From a candidate division WOR-3 bacterium (GTDB lineage: Bacteria > Hydrothermota > Tepidihabitantia > SM23-42 > JAOAFX01), in NCBI GenBank assembly GCA_039802265.1, contig JBDRWI010000035.1, forward strand, positions 1-23,672: a DNA stretch of 23,672 bases. The letters run 5' to 3'. Each line of letters begins with the position of its first letter. Position 1 is the stretch's first letter. Below are positions 6,220 to 15,406 of this stretch, piece by piece. The notes under the pieces were generated by a model, which was given only the letters and a program-made list of their open reading frames with translations, was not told the DNA's origin and did not search any database. Position numbers and translations under genes: made by a program.

Positions 6220-8023
6220 GATAAGGCTCACCTTGATTTCTATTTTCTTTTATCATTTTCAAATACCGATAGAGTTGACGCTCAGAAAGATTGAGTAATG
6301 AGCAGGTCTTTTTAATGTCCTTTTTATTTGTGACAAAGCATTCATAGACTAATTTTGCCTTATATTGCCTAACTTTTTCTTCTATTGAGAGAGGTCGAGC
6401 ATATTCTAATCCCAAATCCTCAACATCAATATATTCTTTCCGGCAGGTAAAGAATGCCTGTTTTAAAATTCCTTCGAGTTCTCGCACATTACCCGGGAAG
6501 TCATAGTTCATCAGACACTTTTTTGCCCGCTCCGTTAATCCGGCAATGAAGCCTTTATGATTATTTCTTATCTTTTGCAATAGATGCTCAATCAAATCAG
6601 GAATTTCTTCTCTCCGCTCACGCAGAGGCGGGATTTTAATAACCGGCGAATGGATTCTGTAGTATAAATCTTCACGGAATTTGCCCTGTTTTACAAGTTC
6701 TTCAAGATTTTGATTTGTCGCAAAGATAAATCTGACATTCACAACCCGCTCTTCGTTGCTTCCCAGGGGAATCACCCGCTTATCTTCCAGAACCCGCAAA
6801 AGTTTTGCCTGGACATCAATGGGCAATTCAGCAATCTCATCAAAGAAGAGCGTGCCCTGATTCGCATATTCAATCTTCCCAATCTTATCATATCGGGCAT
6901 CAGTGAATGCCCCTTTTCTATAACCGAACAACTCGGATTCAAATAGTGTTTCAGGTATTGCTGCACAGTTTACAACGACAAACCGCTCACCAGCCCTTGC
7001 ACTTGAATTATGAATTGCCGATGCAAGCAATTCCTTACCGGTGCCACTTTCACCAAAAAGTAAAAGATTTGTATCCTGGCCGGCAAGATGCCTTGCCCTT
7101 GTCTTTATCTTCTCTATTCCAACTATGTCATCAAATGTATAATTTGCTCCAAACAAATTTATTTTTCTTTTGTTTTTTGCTTCTGTAATTGGCTCAAGAA
7201 TAAACAAAAATTTATCATTATATTCCTTGCGTATGACCAAAAAACTCTTTTCCAGTCGTTCTGATTCAAAAATTTCATTTATTATTGTTCCGGGTCTTAA
7301 AATCTTCTGGTCAAAGGTATGAAGAATGTTTTCTCCGGATTCAAGTTTCAAAAAACTTGTTGCCTTGGGACTCAGCCATCGGATAAAACCATCCTGTTCT
7401 GTTACTACCATAATGACATTCAGGGTGTTGACCAGAGAGATTAAGAAATCGCATTCGATCAACTTTTTGTATTCCTCTTCAATTAATTTTGCCAGAATCT
7501 GCACAAGGGCAAAGGTATGGGGATGTCCCTTCTTTTGAGGATGAACAATAACAACGGCGCCTAACAATTCTCTTTTATAAAAAATTGGGGCACTGAAACA
7601 CGAGCCATTTTGAAAAATTTTTAGATAGTATTCTTTGCCTGAAACATAAAATGGAATTTTGTATTTCAAACAGAGTGCCACTGCATTTGTGCCGGCATCT
7701 TTTTCCTGAAGCGAAACACCTTCTATTAGTCCAATTTTCGAACGGGTCTTCAATACTGACAAAGGACCCACTGCCTTCAGGACATATCCTTCTTTATCAG
7801 TTAGGACAACAATTGACCCGCATAATTTAAATGTCTCACTACAAAAATTCATCAGTGGTAATGCAGAATTGATATAGGTTTGAAGCTCTCTCTGTCTTTT
7901 TCCAATCTCCTCAGAAGAAAGCCTTCTCCCCAGGTAGTTCTTGCTTCTGTCCAGACCACAGGAACTACAGAAATTTTTTGATCTCTCAATTAACTTTTTT
8001 CGGTTATGAATTATAGTCTCCAT
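6209..8023 (-). CDS. sigma54-dependent enhancer-binding protein, AcoR-like (GAF + AAA+ + Fis HTH)
   Basis: GAF-like GTNAVALCL region, Walker A GESGTGKE, ESELFGY-x2-GAFTDA, Walker B FFDEI, FREDLYYR, FPGNVREL, C-terminal HTH (LNLSERQLYRYLK). SD AAAGGGAGG. Confidence 0.93.
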   Translation of the reverse strand: METIIHNRKKLIERSKNFCSSCGLDRSKNYLGRRLSSEEIGKRQRELQTYINSALPLMNFCSETFKLCGSIVVLTDKEGYVLKAVGPLSVLKTRSKIGLIEGVSLQEKDAGTNAVALCLKYKIPFYVSGKEYYLKIFQNGSCFSAPIFYKRELLGAVVIVHPQKKGHPHTFALVQILAKLIEEEYKKLIECDFLISLVNTLNVIMVVTEQDGFIRWLSPKATSFLKLESGENILHTFDQKILRPGTIINEIFESERLEKSFLVIRKEYNDKFLFILEPITEAKNKRKINLFGANYTFDDIVGIEKIKTRARHLAGQDTNLLLFGESGTGKELLASAIHNSSARAGERFVVVNCAAIPETLFESELFGYRKGAFTDARYDKIGKIEYANQGTLFFDEIAELPIDVQAKLLRVLEDKRVIPLGSNEERVVNVRFIFATNQNLEELVKQGKFREDLYYRIHSPVIKIPPLRERREEIPDLIEHLLQKIRNNHKGFIAGLTERAKKCLMNYDFPGNVRELEGILKQAFFTCRKEYIDVEDLGLEYARPLSIEEKVRQYKAKLVYECFVTNKKDIKKTCSLLNLSERQLYRYLKMIKENRNQGEPYLSF

Positions 8024-8129
8024 TAATTTTTGCCTCCCTTTCGCCGTTCTCTTGCCAAGGTTTATCAGTCAAAAAATATGATGGCGCAAGAGAATTTATT
8101 CCGTTGGGGGCCATCATACAATTGGGTAT

Positions 8130-8157
8130 AGTATATTCAAAAAATGTAGTGCGTCAA
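8130..8157 (-). promoter_or_regulatory. sigma70-type promoter for the enhancer-binding protein
   Basis: TTGACG-N16-TATACT, giving a 5' UTR of about 100 nt. Confidence 0.6.
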
Positions 8158-8314
8158 GATGAATTTAAAAGATGAACCATAAACTTAAGTCTACCAACAA
8201 GAAGATTTCTGTTCAAAAGTTAATTCGCGCCAACCCTCAAAAGATTTACGCCTGATTTAATCTGGGATAGCCGCGCTTGGGACTAAAATAAAATTGTTGC
8301 TTTAAGATACAATA

Positions 8315-9808
8315 TTATCGTTCGATTTTCACAAACCGCATGAACTGTTCACCGTCACTCACAAAATAGACACCAGAGTTAAGGTCAGCGCCAATTTTGT
8401 CGGTTGGATATGTTCTTATAATTCTTCCGCTGATATCGTAAACCGTACAGTATTTTTTTGTACTTCCTTTTAGGATTGCAAAAGAAGACACGGGATCTGG
8501 AACAAGAAATATATTATTTACAATTTTACGCTCTCTTCTATTATCTTTAATCGTGCCTGGATAATATTCATATGCACCTATATCCCAGTAAAGCCCTTGG
8601 GGCCGTGCTACACCAATTATATCATACAAGACTTCAAGGAGTGAATCACCACTGTCAATTGCTGGAGAGAGGGGTTGGAGTCTGAAGTCATTATTTATGG
8701 AATCAACAAACATTGGGTCCTGATTCAGGATATCATGCGGGCCAACTACGGTCGGTGGATTGGCGCCAAAGATAAGGTTATAATCGCCGGATGCAGTTGC
8801 TGTATCAGTCCACCAGTAACTGGTATTGGTGTTGAAAAAGATGTTGTTTCTTACATCTTCATTCTGCGCATACTGACCACTGAATCCAACGCCGTGCCAC
8901 TGGATATAGGCAAAGGTGTTGTTGTAGACCTTTATATTAGAGATATTTTGAACACATAACCCCCATGCCCCACCCCGGGCAAAGATGTTATTTTTAAAGA
9001 TAATATCATGGGAATTATGATAGTAATTTGCTGAGCCCATAAATCCCTGGTGAAAATCAAAACCGCGATTGCCGTCAATCACAACATAACAGGCGTGTTC
9101 ACCATTATTATCAAATGTCTGGAAACAGTCAACATGGGCAGAGCCAATTGAATCAAAGTTAGTCCCGTGAAAATAATTATTTTTAAATAGAATACTATCA
9201 CCGGCAAACCTTGTATAATCACAGTCTCCGGATTGGTAATAGAAAAGGCGTTCAATTTCATTATTTTCAATTATCCAGTTCGTTCCCTGGGCACATATCC
9301 CCATCTGGCAGTGAAAGATTTTATTGTTTGCAATGTAAATACCTCGCGGCCATGGCTGTGACCAATTCCCCTGGATTGCGGGTTTTCGGAAATTTGCAAT
9401 GTAGTTATCAACTATCTCAACATTATCACTGCTGATGAATATTCCAAAATCCCGCCAGCCGGTTAGAGATGTATCCCATTCAATATTAAAACCTTCAATC
9501 CGTATATAACTACCCGCATTCGGTGAATTTGTATCAAAACCCCAGGTCGTGGCGGACCTTCTTGGATGGGATTTGAAGACAATCTTTTGTGCAGGTGTGC
9601 CTGAATGTTGTAAGAGAACCCTTTCTCCATAAAATCCTGGAAGGACAAGCACCGTGTCGCCAGCAATGACTGTGGAGCAGGCATGATTTATATGGCGCCA
9701 GGCAGAGTCCGGGCTTGTGCCTGACAAATTGTCATTACCATTGACTGAGACATAATAGGTTGCGCCATAAGCGCAGGTCAATAAGTATGCATATATTATT
9801 ATTCTCAT
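8315..9808 (-). CDS. Secreted right-handed parallel beta-helix (pectin lyase-like fold) protein with T9SS-like C-terminal tail
   Basis: ATG 9808 after SD GGAGGT, signal peptide, TYYVS..GND..G..P N-terminus, repeated I-x-NN-x-F/I motifs, DFRLQPLSPAIDSG...DIGAYEY region, C-terminal VYDISGR...GVYFV...FVKI. Confidence 0.8.
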   Translation of the reverse strand: MRIIIYAYLLTCAYGATYYVSVNGNDNLSGTSPDSAWRHINHACSTVIAGDTVLVLPGFYGERVLLQHSGTPAQKIVFKSHPRRSATTWGFDTNSPNAGSYIRIEGFNIEWDTSLTGWRDFGIFISSDNVEIVDNYIANFRKPAIQGNWSQPWPRGIYIANNKIFHCQMGICAQGTNWIIENNEIERLFYYQSGDCDYTRFAGDSILFKNNYFHGTNFDSIGSAHVDCFQTFDNNGEHACYVVIDGNRGFDFHQGFMGSANYYHNSHDIIFKNNIFARGGAWGLCVQNISNIKVYNNTFAYIQWHGVGFSGQYAQNEDVRNNIFFNTNTSYWWTDTATASGDYNLIFGANPPTVVGPHDILNQDPMFVDSINNDFRLQPLSPAIDSGDSLLEVLYDIIGVARPQGLYWDIGAYEYYPGTIKDNRRERKIVNNIFLVPDPVSSFAILKGSTKKYCTVYDISGRIIRTYPTDKIGADLNSGVYFVSDGEQFMRFVKIER

Positions 9809-10035
9809 CCGAACCTCCAATAATTATGTCAGACATTGAAACTTATAATCAGAGAAATCTGGATTCTAAATTTTCAGTTATGATTCCCGAGCAGATTCGG
9901 TTTTCAATACTTTCCTTAAGATTCTTCAACCTTTCGGGCTAAGAATGGCATTGCGACACACACTCTTTAATTTTGCAACATATTATTCCCTTGAATATAT
10001 ACGCATAACTGAGCCTAAAAACCGGCAAATTAAAC

Positions 10036-10446
10036 CTAAAAATTGAACTCAAATTCTGGTGGATTCTTCAATGTAGCAAGGGCTGAACAGTATTTGTCTC
10101 TTGAAAGTTCAAATGCCCGCTGGAGGTCCTCTCTTTTGTAGTCCCCTTCACACTCTATTTTGTATTTTATCCTTAAGTAGCGTCTTGGATGCTCAGGATT
10201 CTTTTCTCCTTCCAGGGTTATCTCAAACCTCTCTATCTTACCGCCCTTTTTTTGTAATATTGCTACAATATCCATGCCCATACAACCACCAAGTGCCACA
10301 AGGAGTAAATCCATAGGTTTAAATCCCTGATTCAATCCGCCTGAAGCGATATCAGTATCTACAACTATACTATGATTTTGCTCATCTATTGCAGTAAATT
10401 GCAATCCATTTTTATTCCAGATAAGTTCAACCATATTTTTATTCAT
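10036..10446 (-). CDS. OsmC/Ohr family (YhfA-like) protein
   Basis: PMDLLLVALGGC...D and SRDKYCS motifs. Confidence 0.88.
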   Translation of the reverse strand: MNKNMVELIWNKNGLQFTAIDEQNHSIVVDTDIASGGLNQGFKPMDLLLVALGGCMGMDIVAILQKKGGKIERFEITLEGEKNPEHPRRYLRIKYKIECEGDYKREDLQRAFELSRDKYCSALATLKNPPEFEFNF

Positions 10447-10924
10447 TAATCAATGTATCAATCAATGCCTCAAATACCGGAATGAGTTCATCCCCGAAAC
10501 CAACCTGGGTCTTTCTTGTCTTTCCTTTTTTATCCAAAAATATTGTATGGGGGATTGCCCGAACGGCGTATTGCTTAAAGATTTCGTTTGTGCCTAAAAG
10601 CAATGGATAGTTAATACCATTTTCATCCCGGAATCTTTTCAGGGTTTCAACATCTTCATTGCTAATGCCCAGGATTACAAGCCCGTTTTCTTTGTATCTT
10701 TCATAGAGGGAAACCAGATGGGGTATGCTCCTCCGGCAGGGTGGGCACCAGGTTGCCCAGAAATCAATAATGACTACCCTTCCCTTATAATCTGATAGAC
10801 TTACCGAACCTCCATCAATTGTGGGCAGGGTAAATCCTTTATTATTATTTACCTCTTTTGATTTTCCACTGCACAGAATCAGCAAAAGGGCAAAGGGTAT
10901 GATTATCTTTATGTATTCTTTCAT
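10439..10924 (-). CDS. TlpA/ResA-family thiol-disulfide oxidoreductase, probably exported or lipoprotein
   Basis: DFWATWCPPC active site, cis-Pro loop AIP, hydrophobic N-terminus ending in LLILC. Confidence 0.9.
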   Translation of the reverse strand: MKEYIKIIIPFALLLILCSGKSKEVNNNKGFTLPTIDGGSVSLSDYKGRVVIIDFWATWCPPCRRSIPHLVSLYERYKENGLVILGISNEDVETLKRFRDENGINYPLLLGTNEIFKQYAVRAIPHTIFLDKKGKTRKTQVGFGDELIPVFEALIDTLINE

Positions 10925-11292
10925 TTTTCACCACCTTTCCGGGAGGCAACCTCCCTTTTTATGTCTCTTTCACCACCAAGATATTTTTTTATCTTTTTGA
11001 TTAAAATCTCTTTTGAAACCGAGCCGATTATCTTTTCTTTTATCTTTCCGTTCATAAAGAAGATTAATGTCGGAATATTTTGAATGTCAAACTCATTGGC
11101 AGTTTTAATTTCATTATCAACATTGACCTTTCCAATATTTATCTTGCCCGCGAAAATTTCATCAATTTCTTCCAAAATCTGGGTTACGGTGATGCATATT
11201 GGCGACCATATTGCCCAGAAATAGACAAGATACGGCAGATTTGATTTCTCAACCTCCTGAAAAAAGTCTATATCAGTGAGTTCTTTAATCAT
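10921..11292 (-). CDS. Thioredoxin-like protein with atypical SxxC site
   Basis: Thioredoxin pattern (YFWAIWSPIC, KVNVD, IQNIPTLIFF) with Ser replacing the first Cys. Confidence 0.82.
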   Translation of the reverse strand: MIKELTDIDFFQEVEKSNLPYLVYFWAIWSPICITVTQILEEIDEIFAGKINIGKVNVDNEIKTANEFDIQNIPTLIFFMNGKIKEKIIGSVSKEILIKKIKKYLGGERDIKREVASRKGGEK

Positions 11293-11303
11293 CTTACCCC
11301 CTA

Positions 11304-11319
11304 TGTTTCACGTGAAACA
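11304..11319. promoter_or_regulatory. parS: parS chromosome-partitioning site
   Basis: Perfect palindrome TGTTTCACGTGAAACA, identical to the canonical ParB/Spo0J-binding consensus, in an intergenic position. Confidence 0.9.
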
Positions 11320-11991
11320 TTAAAAGGTATCCTCATAGCCAATCTTTATCATTCTATTCAATTGTTGACCCTCAATATTTTCCAGTAGGTCCCTTAGGTC
11401 AAACTCAAAAAATAGTTGTTCATAAAAGATGAATTTGAGCCCGGTATTGAGATAACCAGTATCATTGTAATTATCGTCATTAAAATTTGGCGTGAAATCA
11501 ATCAAGAATTGCGTTGAACTAATTTCAAAGATTATACCCCCAAAGATATCAATCCTGCCGCTCTGTTCAAAGGAGTAGTTTATCCCGAAACTCGGAATAA
11601 TTTTGAATTCCGTATAGTCAAAATTTTTACCTACCTGACAATAAAGCCCTTTTGACATTATTGCATATCGTTCTAAACCCGTATCATATTCTCCGTATCC
11701 CTGATTATCGAACCCCAAAATAAAAGAAGGAAGTAGAAGATCTGGCTCTAATACTGCGAGTCTTGCCTGAACGCCTGGATATTTGTAGAATCCAGGGTTG
11801 CCGGCGCCGATAAGATTTGATGCACCATAACTCATCCCGAGGAGTAATCTATTCCAGAGTCCAATGCTCCCAAATCCAAGGATTTCACCCTTAGGACCAA
11901 ACCGCAACTGGAGTGAATATTTACCATGTTCCATGATGTTAATGTCGGGTTGGTCAACGATATAAAGATTGAGCAAAAAAAGAACCACCAT
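11320..11991 (-). CDS. Hypothetical exported/outer-membrane protein (possibly YjbH-like beta-barrel)
   Basis: 223 aa, Gly/aromatic-rich alternating beta-strand pattern, C-terminal GYEDTF ending in Phe. Confidence 0.55.
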   Translation of the reverse strand: MVVLFLLNLYIVDQPDINIMEHGKYSLQLRFGPKGEILGFGSIGLWNRLLLGMSYGASNLIGAGNPGFYKYPGVQARLAVLEPDLLLPSFILGFDNQGYGEYDTGLERYAIMSKGLYCQVGKNFDYTEFKIIPSFGINYSFEQSGRIDIFGGIIFEISSTQFLIDFTPNFNDDNYNDTGYLNTGLKFIFYEQLFFEFDLRDLLENIEGQQLNRMIKIGYEDTF

Positions 11992-12007
11992 TTTGCCTCC
12001 TTGGAAT

Positions 12008-15000
12008 TTATATTCCTCCTAGAATCTTTAATGAATCTTCTCCAAATATCTCCCGGATTTTTTCTAAGACATCGGGCTGGGGATTTATTTTTAATGACCG
12101 GGACCTTATCTTTATTGCCTGCTGACTTTCATCTTGAATTCTGAACCAGATTTCGCACTCGCCGCGATATTTATTTACTAGTTCATAAAAGGATTTAAGA
12201 TGAACCTCTTTAATCTTCTCTTTGTTGCAGTCAATGACTATCTTTCTATAATAATTACTCGCCATTGAAATTGGAATTACAGTAGCGGCTTTGAAACTCT
12301 TCTTATCCTCTTCCCCTGATACCCAGCCTTTGATTATAAGGGGTGTGTCCTTTTTCAATAAAGAGCCAAACTGGGCATACACATCGGCAAAGACAAAGAC
12401 ATCAATCATTCCATCAAAATCTTCAATGGTAATTATCGCATAATCCCTACCATTCTTGTCTTTTTTTATCTTTTTTGAGTGCAAGATGCCGGCGATTGTC
12501 AGACTATCTCCATTCTCAACCTCTTTTAACCGGCTTATTGGAGTTATTCCAAATATTCTAAATTCATCCTGATACTTCTCAAGGGGGTGTTGAGAAAAAT
12601 AGAATCCAAAGGTCTCTTTCTCAAGGGCGATCTTTTCGTAATAATTCTCATCGGGTTTCTCCAGTTCGCCTTGAGCCTCGGTACCGAATAGTGATTCCTG
12701 AGTTCCCGGTGGCTCTTTCCCCAAGAATAGATCAATTAATTTCTTGATATTGGATTCAAATTTACTGAATGCACCTGATTTGATGAGTGCCTCTAACCCC
12801 TTTTTATTGAGATTCTTCATCCGCATCTGAAAGTCAAAGAGTGATTTAAACTCCCCTCTTGAGCGTTCTTTTATAATTGACTCCACAAAGGGACGCCCCA
12901 GATTTTTCAGTGCTCCAAGTCCATATCTTATACCATTCCCCTCTTTTGTAAAATAATAAAAGCTCTTATTGATATCAGGTTCAAGGACTTCAATATTGAG
13001 CCTCCTTGCCTCTTTTATCAAGACATAAAGTCGGTCAGTATCATTTATCTCACTATTCAATGAGGCAAGGATAAAATCTAATTTATAATGGCACTTAAGA
13101 TAAGCTGTCTGGTATGCAATGACCGCATAGGCAGTGGCATGGGATTTATTGAATCCATAGCCGGCAAAGGGAGCAATGTTCTTAAATATCCTTTCTGCCA
13201 GTTCCTTTGAAATTCCATTTTTTTCTGCCCCTGATATAAACTTTTCCCTCATTTCGTCCATCAGCTCATAGATCTTTTTTGCCATTGCCCTTCTTAAATT
13301 GTCCGCCTCAGCCATAGAAAATCCAGCAATCTCGGCGGCAATCTGCATAACCTGCTCCTGATAAAGAATAATACCATAGGTCTCTTTGAGGATTTTCTCC
13401 AGTTTTGGATGTAAATAATCAATCTTTTCCGGATGCAATTTATTTTCAATAATCTTCTGGGGATTTATATTTCCCATAGGTCCGGGACGATAAAGGGCAA
13501 TTATCGCAATCAATTCTTCAAATTTTTCAGGTTTGATACTCTTTAATAACTCCTGCATACCCTGGCTTTCAAGCTGGAATACCCCGATCGTCTCGCCATT
13601 TTTGAGCATCTCATAGGTAGGTGAGTCATCAAAAGGGATATCTTCCTTTTTCTTACTGATCGCCTTGAGACATTCATCAATTACAGTCAGGGTGCGCAAT
13701 CCAAGTATATCCATCTTCAAAAGTCCAATATCTTCCAGAGAATTTTTGGCAAACTGGGTACAAATCTCCCCTTTTTCAGGATTTTTGAATAAGGGGACAT
13801 ACTCCAAAAGTTCCTTTGGGGTAATTACAACTCCCGCTGCATGGGTTGCCGGGTGGCGTGCAAGACCTTCCAGTTTTTTTGCGATCTCTATCAACTCCCG
13901 ATACTCCTCTTTCGATTCAATTAGTGTCTTGAATTCTTTTATATTACTTATTGCCTCATCAATGGTGGCATGAAATGGAATTAACTTTGCCAGTCGGTCG
14001 ACTTCATTATAGGGAATATTTAAAACCCTTCCAACATCGCGTACCACGGCCCTTGCCTGCATAGTCCCGAATGTAATAACCTGGGTCACATTCTTTTCTC
14101 CGTATCTCTTTTTGATAAAATCAATCACTTCATCCCTTCTGGTATCGCCAAAATCAACATCAACATCGGGCAGACTCACCCGCTCTGGATTCAGGAATCT
14201 TTCAAAGAGTAAATTATACTTTAATGGATTAACATCCGTAATACCCAGGGCATAAAGAACCAGGCTTCCAACTGCTGAGCCACGCCCTGGACCAACCGGA
14301 ATGCCCTTACTGCGGGCAAATTGAATGATATCGCGCACGATCAAAAAGTAACCGGCAAGCCCCATCTTTTTAATCACCGAAAGTTCGTAGTTTAATCGGC
14401 CTTCAATCTCCACGTCAATCGCCGGAAATTTTTCTTTTATCCCTTCAAATGCCAGTGCCTTTAGATAATCAAAGTCCGTGAAAAATTGTTCTGGCCTCGG
14501 AAAGACCGGTAATTTTACATCCCTTCCGGATGTATCAATCAATAGATTACACCGCTCTGCAATTAATATTGTATTTGTTATTGCCTCGGGTAAATCCTCA
14601 AATCTTTTTACCATCTCTTCCGGGCTGCGGAAATATGCCTCTCGGGTCTCAAATCTCAGGCGTTCTTTATCGGAAAGGACCTTTTTTGTGCCGATGCACA
14701 AAAGAACATCATGGGCTTTATAATCTTCACTTGAATAATAATGGCAGTCATTTGTTGCCACTATCGGGGCGTCAAACTCCCGGCTTAAATTTACCAGTTC
14801 ACCAATCACCTTCTCTTCATTTTTCAGTCCCAGGCGCATAATCTCAAGGTAGAAATTTTCCTTTCCTAAAATTTCCTGGTATTCGCCGAGTGCCTTCTTT
14901 GCACTTTTCGGGTCACCCGTTCCAATGTAGTAGGGAACTTCTCCCTTATAACAGCCAGATAAGGCAATCAGACCCTTACCATAGTGCTGGAGGAGTTCTT

Positions 15001-15367
15001 TATCAATCCTCGGTTTGTAGTAAAAGCCCTCAAGATAGGCAAGGGAAGAAAGCTTAATGAGATTTTTATAACCGGTTTCATTCTCACAGAGCAGGGTAAG
15101 GTGGAATGAAGATTCAGGAATCTTGGTATTCTTTGACTGATCAAGACGGGATTTTGGTGCAATATATGCCTCCATTCCGATTATCGGTTTAATCCCCGCG
15201 TTTCGCGCTGTTTTGTAAAATTCAATAACACCGAAGAGATTCCCATGGTCAGTGATGGCCAGGGCATTCATTTTATACTTACTGGCAATTTCAATGAGTT
15301 TTTCAATAGCCATTGCCCCATCAAGGAGGGAGTATTCAGTGTGGTTATGGAGATGTATGAACGGCAT
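12008..15367 (-). CDS. dnaE: DNA polymerase III alpha subunit
   Basis: PHP domain (HLHNHTEYSLLDG, TDHGN), GPGRGSAVGSLV, LLFERFLNPER, PDVDVDF, GYGFNKSH, C-terminal OB fold. Confidence 0.98.
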   Translation of the reverse strand: MPFIHLHNHTEYSLLDGAMAIEKLIEIASKYKMNALAITDHGNLFGVIEFYKTARNAGIKPIIGMEAYIAPKSRLDQSKNTKIPESSFHLTLLCENETGYKNLIKLSSLAYLEGFYYKPRIDKELLQHYGKGLIALSGCYKGEVPYYIGTGDPKSAKKALGEYQEILGKENFYLEIMRLGLKNEEKVIGELVNLSREFDAPIVATNDCHYYSSEDYKAHDVLLCIGTKKVLSDKERLRFETREAYFRSPEEMVKRFEDLPEAITNTILIAERCNLLIDTSGRDVKLPVFPRPEQFFTDFDYLKALAFEGIKEKFPAIDVEIEGRLNYELSVIKKMGLAGYFLIVRDIIQFARSKGIPVGPGRGSAVGSLVLYALGITDVNPLKYNLLFERFLNPERVSLPDVDVDFGDTRRDEVIDFIKKRYGEKNVTQVITFGTMQARAVVRDVGRVLNIPYNEVDRLAKLIPFHATIDEAISNIKEFKTLIESKEEYRELIEIAKKLEGLARHPATHAAGVVITPKELLEYVPLFKNPEKGEICTQFAKNSLEDIGLLKMDILGLRTLTVIDECLKAISKKKEDIPFDDSPTYEMLKNGETIGVFQLESQGMQELLKSIKPEKFEELIAIIALYRPGPMGNINPQKIIENKLHPEKIDYLHPKLEKILKETYGIILYQEQVMQIAAEIAGFSMAEADNLRRAMAKKIYELMDEMREKFISGAEKNGISKELAERIFKNIAPFAGYGFNKSHATAYAVIAYQTAYLKCHYKLDFILASLNSEINDTDRLYVLIKEARRLNIEVLEPDINKSFYYFTKEGNGIRYGLGALKNLGRPFVESIIKERSRGEFKSLFDFQMRMKNLNKKGLEALIKSGAFSKFESNIKKLIDLFLGKEPPGTQESLFGTEAQGELEKPDENYYEKIALEKETFGFYFSQHPLEKYQDEFRIFGITPISRLKEVENGDSLTIAGILHSKKIKKDKNGRDYAIITIEDFDGMIDVFVFADVYAQFGSLLKKDTPLIIKGWVSGEEDKKSFKAATVIPISMASNYYRKIVIDCNKEKIKEVHLKSFYELVNKYRGECEIWFRIQDESQQAIKIRSRSLKINPQPDVLEKIREIFGEDSLKILGGI

Positions 15368-15406
15368 CAGGAATTTAATCTTTGGAGATAAGGAATGAGT
15401 CTCATA

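Noticed and set aside
5976..6224. 82-aa plus-strand ORF
   Set aside because: Runs through enhancer boxes and REP-like repeats, antisense to the cluster, with no recognisable motif.
8030..8123. HDV-like ribozyme, SAH or fluoride riboswitch in the activator leader
   Set aside because: Only short words match (GGCGAA, AACGGCG). The required core motifs are absent, so it is reported as an unassigned structure instead.
12008..15367. Intein or split in dnaE
   Set aside because: Length of 1119 aa is ordinary and I see no intein splice motifs or inserted endonuclease.
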